In this document: in pieces, positions 10,028-16,859 of the stretch | How positions within the stretch are numbered: position 1 is the first letter of the stretch | How the letters are laid out: each line of letters starts with the position of its first letter | Assembly: GCA_023460085.1 (NCBI GenBank) | Contig: JAEWRI010000022.1 | Coordinates: 135,487 to 199,486 of the forward strand | DNA: 64,000 bases | Direction of reading: 5' to 3' | Source of the DNA: Bacillota bacterium | Lineage (GTDB): Bacteria > Bacillota > Clostridia > Christensenellales > SZUA-584 | Made by a program: the position numbers and the translations under genes | Notes under the pieces: generated by a model | Told to the model about the DNA's origin: nothing | Database searches by the model: none | Seen by the model: the letters and a program-made list of their open reading frames with translations, nothing else

Positions 10028-10759
10028 TCAAGCCGCGCGCGTGGCTTCGTCGGTTACGACCACGGAAGCCCCTGATATACTTGCATAGCATGCGTCCATC
10101 TCTTCCACGCTGACATAGCGGCAATTATCGCCATCCGCCCAGCGCCCGCTGTCGCAGATGTAGAACCCCGTTATCTCCCCTGTCTCGGCATCCCGAGCCG
10201 CGCTGGTAACCACAATCTGATGGTTTGCGCTGCCGTCATTGATATAATTTGCGTCGTTCCACAAGTAACCGGCGTTAACGCCCATCGTCACGCATTGACC
10301 ATTCTCCAGCGCCGCGGCGATATCCTCATATGTGCCGCCCGCCTCACCCGGATAATACGCCTGCGCGTCAATCCCGTAATGATCCAGCAGCGCGATAAGG
10401 TACTCGTCGTTGACTCCGCCCCTGGCTTCCGGCGGCAGCATGGGATCGTTATTGCACCAGCCATTGTCGATGGCCGTCTGCACAACATCGTCTTCCGTCG
10501 CGTCGATTCCCGAAAGCTGCAGAATATTGGACACGCTGACCAGCCCGCAGTCGCTCTGATACCCGTATGCGTTGTCACCCTGCTGGTAATCGAGCAGCGG
10601 CGCCACCGAGAACGGATCGCTCGTGGCGACCGATTCCCCGTTTTCATCGATAACCGGCTCGTACTGTTCCAGATCATTGGCCAGCTGCTCCGGGTGCTGT
10701 TCTCCAAACGCTTCTTCGATTCCGTCTCTCACAAGTTCAACCAGGCCCGGGATCTCCAT
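10028..10759 (-). CDS. Papain-fold (C39-like) cysteine peptidase-like protein, no signal peptide
   Basis: YQSDCGLVSVSNILQLSG (Cys71, codon 10547-10549), GSANHQIVV (His180) and FYICDSG (Asp203) give the Q..C / H / D order of C39-like peptidases. Acidic 60-aa N-terminus. AAGGAG SD. Confidence 0.6.
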   Translation of the reverse strand: MEIPGLVELVRDGIEEAFGEQHPEQLANDLEQYEPVIDENGESVATSDPFSVAPLLDYQQGDNAYGYQSDCGLVSVSNILQLSGIDATEDDVVQTAIDNGWCNNDPMLPPEARGGVNDEYLIALLDHYGIDAQAYYPGEAGGTYEDIAAALENGQCVTMGVNAGYLWNDANYINDGSANHQIVVTSAARDAETGEITGFYICDSGRWADGDNCRYVSVEEMDACYASISGASVVVTDEATRAA

Positions 10760-10815
10760 ACCGCTTCACTCCTTATGTTTGATATCGCCATTATAGCGCG
10801 TACTGCCGTCCCATT

Positions 10816-13800
10816 TTAAGACTTCTCCTTTTTTGCCGCCAAAGCCGCATTTTTAGCGGTGTATGCGTACCACCGATAATAGAACGCACGGATTTGTTTA
10901 TTGCCCGCTGCATAATACATCAATACCAGGCTTTCCATCGCGCGCACCGCAGCGGCATCCGCCGCGGCATATGCCGCGATGGCGGCATCCGCCGTTTCAT
11001 TCCAGGCGGCGATATTATCCATCGGAGTTTTGATAATCTCTGCGCCTTTGATCACCAGGTTAACGAGCCTGCACTGCGTACCGAAATCGTTCCACTCCTC
11101 AAGCACCGCGCTTTCACCGTATCGTTTGAGTACTGAAGCCAGCGCCGCGTCCTCCGGACTTCCGCTGGCAGAAAGAATATCCTGGCTGGCTTCCCGTATT
11201 TCCGTTGGAATTATCTCCGCCTTGGTGCGGTTGCAGAGCAGCACCTCCAGCGCTGTACCGCGCGCCCGCCGCAGGGTCTCACCGCTCGCCGCAGGCCGGT
11301 CATATACAAAAGGCGCGTATTTTTCCGGGGGATAATACTCTGCCATACAAAGCACCGGCGAAAGCCAATTTCCCTGATGAAACACCGCGACGCCGGTATC
11401 CAAGCGCGCAATCTCCCCAATCTGCTCCACACTCAAGCCCATCGCCTTGCCTACAGCGCGCCGGTCGTCCTCATCCGGCAGCTTGAACACCACTTTCGTA
11501 TTGGTATTGCGGATTACGGAGCGATCCATAACCGACGGAGACTGATCCGCTATGATAAAACTCTCGCCGTAGGTGCGCATCTCCGCGATGGCGTTGGTAA
11601 GTATCTCCACGGACATACCCTGAAGGTTTGCGCTTTCCATGGACTGCGCGCCGCTCACAGCTTTCAGCAGATGGTGCGCTTCCTCCAGAAGCGTAACATG
11701 GCGCAGACGGCTGTTGATCTCCTCGCAGCGTGTCACGCGATGCTCCTGCAGACGGATGATGAGCATGCCCATGATAAGCGACTTGGTCTCGGATGAGCCC
11801 AGACGGCTGATATCGATGATGGCGTTGCTGTCGAACAGCGCTTCATCCGACACCTCAGTGCGGCAGAACAGCTGTCCGCAGATACCGTTCGCCATCGACT
11901 TCACGCGCGTCACCAAAGCGCCGATATAGTTACCCTGAACCTCCGCCGAAAACTCCGTCTGTTTGAGAACACGTGGCAGCGTATCGGCCAGCGTCGCAAA
12001 CGTCGGGAAGCGCTCCGTCGGGTACCGGCAGATGCTCTCGTCCAGATCCCACCCGCATTCGCGGTACGAAAGCTCTATGGCCTCCTTCAGAAATTCCGGC
12101 ATCGCCGCGTACATCGGCCAGCTCGCGTTGAATACGCCCAGCAGCCGGTCGATATGCTCCAGCACGTGAATGCCCTTCGGGAAGGCAAACGGGTTGATGC
12201 CGAGCAGCGGAGATACCGCCTTGTTTGTGCCATACACGCGCACGTCTTCCCGTCCGCCGAATACGCGCGCATATTCGCCCTTAGCCGGTTCAATTACGAG
12301 AAACTTAATCCCGTTTTCCAGCAGGCGATTGAGCAGTACGTAGCACATATTGGATTTGCCTGATCCGGTGGTGCCCGTGATAAACATGTGTTTGCTGAGT
12401 TCATCGAGCGAAAGCTCCACCTCGAAGTCTTCTGTGTTGCCCATGTGCACGATACGGCCCACTTTGACGCCTGTCTGCACTGCGTCGTTCTTCTTGATGA
12501 TGTCCCTCGCAAACTCTGCGTGGGTATCCACCATCATGCCGGGCAGCGCCTTGCGGGGCCATGCCACGTGCACCGACATCTCCTGCGCGGTGGACAACGT
12601 GGCGGGCGTCACCTGCGGCAGCTCAAACCCGCCGCCGGAGAACGAAAACGCGGGATGCAGCATACGCTTTAAATATTCGGTCAGCGTGGAAACCGTCTGC
12701 GGTTCGTTCCATACGTTGATATATGATATGTTGGCGTCCGGTGAATACCCGGTGAGCAGCGATCGGTATATGCTTGCGCACATGCGGGCTGTGGCATTGT
12801 CCGCCGCGAGGATATACGCCGCACATTGGTACGCGCCGCCGCCCTCGCAGAGCTTGATTCTATCCAGCTGTACATCGATGGCCTTGAGGATATTGCCGAT
12901 AGCCTTGTTTTCGTAATGATACTGCACCGTAGAGCCTTTGGTCTGTGCGCTGCCTTCCGTGGTGCTGTTGGAACGTGCCGTGCTGTCGCTGGTGCCTCTG
13001 GAATCGCTCATTCCCTCCGATTCGCTCGTATCGTCGTGCGATGACGTGGTGCGGGATACGTTCGATTTTCCGCCCGCGAGCGTCTGATACGTTTTGGAAA
13101 CATTGTTGCCAAACGTGCTGACCACCAGCGGCCCAAAATTACCGATGCCCGGCAGAAACGCCGAACCCACCATGCCTGCCAGCGTTGCCGCTGTAATGAG
13201 TACTTCCGCCTTTTTGTTCTTGTCGGTATGCTCCTCTTTGGAGGTGGAATCGCTCGAAGAGGTACCGGTGCTGCGGGAACGGTTTGTGGTGGTGCCCGTA
13301 GTCAGCGACACCGACTGGGTTACCGTATCCCCCAGCGTTTTGGAGAAATTCAGCGTATCCGTCTCCGACAGCGACTGCTGAGATTTGTAGAACGGGGTGA
13401 GCTGGGTGTATAGTGTTTCATAGCCGCTCCGCATGCGCGCCAGCGTCTCATGCGCCACGGAGGACGCCAGCACCACCAATGCGAACGGCTGTCCGCGCAT
13501 GCCGTCCACCAGCTTTTCGATGCCCTGCAGATACACACCCCCCGCGTTATCCGCGCGCACGGAGGCCATACTGGAAACTGAAGCTACTGCCACCTCTCCG
13601 CTGTCAAACAGCGTATCCAGCAGCTTCTCGTTGTGCCTTGTAAATAGCTGCTCCGATTTACAGCCCGGAAAATGACCATCCACCGCGTGGCGCATCGTCT
13701 CAAACGCGTTGGTAAGCACCTGTGTATCCGTGCAGGCTGTGCCCATATACACGTCCGTCTTCACGCCATCGTGATGTACAATGAACACAGCGCTGCAGTC

Positions 13801-14097
13801 CACCGCGGAAACCGCACTGAAAACGCCGGACAGCTTGCTCAGCACATCCTCCCGGGAATCATAATTCAACGTAGAGAAATGAAGCAGGCGCACCCGGTCA
13901 CGAGGCTCCGCTGCAGCCAGCTCCTGCCGGGGCAGCGGTACTATCTGCGCATTCTCCAGTTGAGAAAGATACTGCATACGCACAAAGATATCCGCCATCC
14001 CGAGTGATTCCATCATACGCTGCTGAGATGGCGCAATGCGATTGTTGTTCTCCGTCACAGCCCTGCTCTTATACACATCGATTTCGTTGTCTTGCAT
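10816..14097 (-). CDS. HerA/FtsK-superfamily (DUF87-like) P-loop ATPase with a large novel N-terminal region and a hydrophobic segment
   Basis: Walker A GTTGSGKSN (12349-12375, verified on DNA). It is preceded by a HAS-barrel-like VKVGRIVHMGNTEDFEVELSLDEL and followed by LVIEPAKGEY. Walker B-like VTLLEEAHHLL. Hydrophobic AEVLITAATLAGMVGSAFLPGIGNFGPLVVSTFG (~13108-13209) is flanked by Ser/Thr-rich tracts. ATG 14097 follows a GGGAGGG SD (the ORF-track start 14148 overlaps the upstream gene). Confidence 0.75.
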   Translation of the reverse strand: MQDNEIDVYKSRAVTENNNRIAPSQQRMMESLGMADIFVRMQYLSQLENAQIVPLPRQELAAAEPRDRVRLLHFSTLNYDSREDVLSKLSGVFSAVSAVDCSAVFIVHHDGVKTDVYMGTACTDTQVLTNAFETMRHAVDGHFPGCKSEQLFTRHNEKLLDTLFDSGEVAVASVSSMASVRADNAGGVYLQGIEKLVDGMRGQPFALVVLASSVAHETLARMRSGYETLYTQLTPFYKSQQSLSETDTLNFSKTLGDTVTQSVSLTTGTTTNRSRSTGTSSSDSTSKEEHTDKNKKAEVLITAATLAGMVGSAFLPGIGNFGPLVVSTFGNNVSKTYQTLAGGKSNVSRTTSSHDDTSESEGMSDSRGTSDSTARSNSTTEGSAQTKGSTVQYHYENKAIGNILKAIDVQLDRIKLCEGGGAYQCAAYILAADNATARMCASIYRSLLTGYSPDANISYINVWNEPQTVSTLTEYLKRMLHPAFSFSGGGFELPQVTPATLSTAQEMSVHVAWPRKALPGMMVDTHAEFARDIIKKNDAVQTGVKVGRIVHMGNTEDFEVELSLDELSKHMFITGTTGSGKSNMCYVLLNRLLENGIKFLVIEPAKGEYARVFGGREDVRVYGTNKAVSPLLGINPFAFPKGIHVLEHIDRLLGVFNASWPMYAAMPEFLKEAIELSYRECGWDLDESICRYPTERFPTFATLADTLPRVLKQTEFSAEVQGNYIGALVTRVKSMANGICGQLFCRTEVSDEALFDSNAIIDISRLGSSETKSLIMGMLIIRLQEHRVTRCEEINSRLRHVTLLEEAHHLLKAVSGAQSMESANLQGMSVEILTNAIAEMRTYGESFIIADQSPSVMDRSVIRNTNTKVVFKLPDEDDRRAVGKAMGLSVEQIGEIARLDTGVAVFHQGNWLSPVLCMAEYYPPEKYAPFVYDRPAASGETLRRARGTALEVLLCNRTKAEIIPTEIREASQDILSASGSPEDAALASVLKRYGESAVLEEWNDFGTQCRLVNLVIKGAEIIKTPMDNIAAWNETADAAIAAYAAADAAAVRAMESLVLMYYAAGNKQIRAFYYRWYAYTAKNAALAAKKEKS

Positions 14098-14108
14098 GTT
14101 GCCCTCCC

Positions 14109-15062
14109 TTAAAGCAGGCTTTCCTGCAAATCCCAGATTTGATCGCATATCTGAAAGATATACGAGTCTTCATACCGGCTCTTGAGCTGGCCTGCGGCTT
14201 TCGCCATCTCTTCTACAACCCCGACTGCCTGTGACGGAAGATATACTTCGCTGACGTAACGGTCAAACGCCTGCAAAATGCCTTCGGCATCTGCCGCTAT
14301 CGCACAATCGGCGCAGAGCCTGAGCGGAATATCCAGCTGTTCCATGAGCGCCGAACACTTTGTCCGGTTCGCGTCCGTCCCGTCACCCACCAGGCACAAT
14401 AATATGAATAAATCCCCCGCGTCCCGCTCCGTTTCCATGGCCGACTGCAAATCGTCCTGCAAATCGCGTGGCAGCCTGGATGCATCCAATACAACAACGG
14501 ATATTCCCCGCCGATTCAAGGCTGCGCCTCGTTCCTTCAGAGATACGTCAAGGTCCTCAGGCATTCCAGCCATATCATGCAACGCTGTTGGGAATACGCT
14601 CATCCTGTCGCGGAGTTTTTTCAGTCCCTCGTACCCGTCGCCATCCAGGCGCTGTACAACCGTATCGATAAAATCATCCAGCACAGCACGGATATTCTTC
14701 ACCATTCCCCTGGGAGATTCCGGCAGGACATGACTTACCTGTGCGGAGGTCTCCATGCCGCGGCGCGCCAGCGATTCCTGCTGCGCCGCCATCACCTCGC
14801 GCAGCGTCTGAAAATCCCTTTCCCGCCCATGAAATGTAATGACAAAGGTATCGTCGTTCAGTTCGCGCACAAGCTCCGGAAGTATCCCCTGCCATTTCTG
14901 AAAACCCCGGCTGTAAGGATAAAGCCACTCATAGAAGTTTTTTCTGACAACGAAAGCGGTTAATCGGTTTTCGTTGCTCTCTACATTCATGCCGTCGATG
15001 ACGAGGCGCGTCAGCTGTCCTTCTCTCCGGAAGGGGCTTACGGTGATCTCTATCCGCTTCAT
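14109..15062 (-). CDS. Hypothetical 317-aa protein (no recognisable family)
   Basis: A long ORF in the operon frame with host-like codon usage. The start shares ATGA with the upstream stop. No motif recognised. Confidence 0.6.
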   Translation of the reverse strand: MKRIEITVSPFRREGQLTRLVIDGMNVESNENRLTAFVVRKNFYEWLYPYSRGFQKWQGILPELVRELNDDTFVITFHGRERDFQTLREVMAAQQESLARRGMETSAQVSHVLPESPRGMVKNIRAVLDDFIDTVVQRLDGDGYEGLKKLRDRMSVFPTALHDMAGMPEDLDVSLKERGAALNRRGISVVVLDASRLPRDLQDDLQSAMETERDAGDLFILLCLVGDGTDANRTKCSALMEQLDIPLRLCADCAIAADAEGILQAFDRYVSEVYLPSQAVGVVEEMAKAAGQLKSRYEDSYIFQICDQIWDLQESLL

Positions 15063-15499
15063 TTCAGTCCCGCCTTTTCAGGGATTATACTCTGGTAGAA
15101 TTGCCGGGTTCCCGGGGGCAGCATGTCCAGCAGCTGCAGCTGCAGCAATTCGCATTGCGCCGCATCCGCCGAATCCCAGGCCGCCAGACGGGAATAATAG
15201 TTGTCCATTCGCTGCGCATCTCCGGAATACAGCGGCGTATCGCTCCCTGTTTCGCTCTGCAGCCACTGGGCAGCGCTGTATGCCAGAATCCGTGTGCCGC
15301 CAAACGGTACGCCGACCATGCCGCAGGGACGATATCCGCCGTCCGGCAGCGGTTCGAAGAAAGGCAGCAGCAGCGCACGGTCTCCGCTCTTTATTACAGG
15401 GATAGGATATCCCATCACGGCAGCGGAAGGAAGCAGCAGGCATATCATGCGGGAATACCGGAGATCGTGAAGCCAGTTAAAAAACTCTTCGGTTTTCAC
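15059..15499 (-). CDS. Hypothetical 147-aa protein, paralog of 9498..10010
   Basis: GTG 15499 overlaps the upstream stop (GTGA) and follows a GGAGGT SD at 6-nt spacing. Homology to the 171-aa ORF is described there. Confidence 0.55.
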   Translation of the reverse strand: MKTEEFFNWLHDLRYSRMICLLLPSAAVMGYPIPVIKSGDRALLLPFFEPLPDGGYRPCGMVGVPFGGTRILAYSAAQWLQSETGSDTPLYSGDAQRMDNYYSRLAAWDSADAAQCELLQLQLLDMLPPGTRQFYQSIIPEKAGLK

Positions 15500-16116
15500 T
15501 TGTACACCTCCAGTATCCATCCGTTCTGCGAGATCATCGCAACCGCGTCCTTATTGAGCGATATCCATTGCCCGCCCTCCATGGAATGATCCGATACCAC
15601 AACCCCTTCTCTGTCGGCGGCAACCACTTGGACCGTGTGCAGCCCGGGGACCTCATAACCGGAATCATCCGGCTGCGCCGTCACCTGCCGCCAGAGCTGG
15701 TCGGGTACATAAGCCATCACCGATCCGTCGGCTCGCAGGCAGGCGGCGATGTTGGCCTCCGAAAAACGGGAAACCTGCACGTAGCATTCCTTTTCCAGCA
15801 GCTCCACAGCGTCCAGCATACCCGGCGCGGTATTCAAGCCTTCTGCCCACGCAAAGCCCGTCTGCTCAGTCATCACATCGCGCAGTGTCATGGATGCTGC
15901 CTCCGCCTGGCTTTCGGTAAACCGCCATGCCTCCGGCTGAATATCTGCCACGTCCTTCGGATCAAACCCTTCCATGGTCACGCGCAACACTTCCGGTTCT
16001 CCGGTTTCATTAACTCTCAGCACCTCAGAAGCAAACCGCGCTTTTTCTGAAACCTCATTTTGAATTCCGTCACGCGGCTCGAAACCCTTGCCCGGAATTT
16101 CATCAAACGGCGGCAC
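15496..16116 (-). CDS. Papain/C39-like paralog lacking the aligned nucleophile Cys (putative pseudo-peptidase)
   Basis: By eye it aligns with 10028..10759: ANIAACLRADGSVMAYVPDQLW vs EDIAAALENGQCVTMGVNAGYLW, and GLHTVQVV/VVVSDHS vs ANHQIVV/FYICDSG. Phe sits at the position aligned to Cys71, and there is no Cys in the first 112 residues. GTG 16116 follows a GGAGG SD at 8-nt spacing (ORF-track start 16125). Confidence 0.5.
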   Translation of the reverse strand: MPPFDEIPGKGFEPRDGIQNEVSEKARFASEVLRVNETGEPEVLRVTMEGFDPKDVADIQPEAWRFTESQAEAASMTLRDVMTEQTGFAWAEGLNTAPGMLDAVELLEKECYVQVSRFSEANIAACLRADGSVMAYVPDQLWRQVTAQPDDSGYEVPGLHTVQVVAADREGVVVSDHSMEGGQWISLNKDAVAMISQNGWILEVYK

Positions 16117-16825
16117 GGTCGTCACCTCCCGTCAGCATTCGCAACAGCACGGGATAGCCCGCCTTGCTTGCGAAAAGCGTTTTTCCGGATTTCAGTGTGA
16201 TCGCTTTGGTGCTTTTATCCACATGGGCGATATGCGACAGATTGACCAGATAGCTCTTATGGCAGCGGCAGAACACGCCCGATGGCAAGGTATGCTGCAC
16301 GTCGTCCAGCTTTGCGGTAAACGTCTGCGTCTGATTGTCGTTCATATGCACATGCACGATCCGGTAGTCGCTCTCAAAGTAGTCGATGTCCGCATAAGGC
16401 AGACGCAGTATCTCCGCCTTGGATTCATAGCTGAAGCAGGATTGCCCGCCTTCCATCCAAGATAAGGCTTTTCTCAGCGCATCGATGAAATTCTCGGCGC
16501 CGGCATCCCGCAGCACATAAGCAATGGGCAGCGTATAGAATGCCTGCAGCACCGTATCGTCCGATCCGTCGATATACACTATCGTGCAGTCCCGGTTATT
16601 CTCCCTCACCTTTTCTCCGATTGATAGCCCCTCGCCGTCCGCCGGGAGCACGAGCAGGTCGAGATTGTATTCCTCCTGCTCCAGCGCTTCCTCCAGTAGC
16701 CCTCTGCGCAGATAAGCCGTTATGATCGCGCGGTGATCCTGCTGAAACACCGTATCCGCGATGAGCCGCTGCAGGCTCTTGGCGGCTTCCAGCTCACGCA
16801 GGTATATGCAGATCCGTATCCTCAT
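16103..16825 (-). CDS. LytTR-family DNA-binding regulator with degenerate receiver-like N-terminal domain
   Basis: C-terminal LytTR motif (FCRCHKSYLVNLSHIAHVD). The N-terminal ~120 aa is receiver-like, but the expected phospho-acceptor region reads LDLLVLPADGEGLS with no Asp in the LLVLP stretch. No histidine kinase gene is nearby. Confidence 0.8.
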   Translation of the reverse strand: MRIRICIYLRELEAAKSLQRLIADTVFQQDHRAIITAYLRRGLLEEALEQEEYNLDLLVLPADGEGLSIGEKVRENNRDCTIVYIDGSDDTVLQAFYTLPIAYVLRDAGAENFIDALRKALSWMEGGQSCFSYESKAEILRLPYADIDYFESDYRIVHVHMNDNQTQTFTAKLDDVQHTLPSGVFCRCHKSYLVNLSHIAHVDKSTKAITLKSGKTLFASKAGYPVLLRMLTGGDDRAAV

Positions 16826-16859
16826 AATCCCTGTTTCACTTTCCTTTTGCTCTGACGAT

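Noticed and set aside
10816-14148. The HerA-like ATPase read as a conjugative coupling protein/VirB4, or as a type VII secretion EssC with the papain-like protein as an LXG-type toxin.
   Set aside because: The window has no relaxase, VirB-like, TcpC-like or pilin genes. It has no WXG100 proteins, EsaA/EssA/EssB genes, FHA domain or tandem FtsK domains, and no LXG N-terminal domain on the peptidase-like protein. The interpretation cannot be fully excluded without searches.
14098-14148. ORF-track start (ATG 14148) for the ATPase, which overlaps the upstream gene by 40 nt.
   Set aside because: ATG 14097 has a GGGAGGG SD at proper spacing, immediately after the upstream stop. The longer form lacks an SD.
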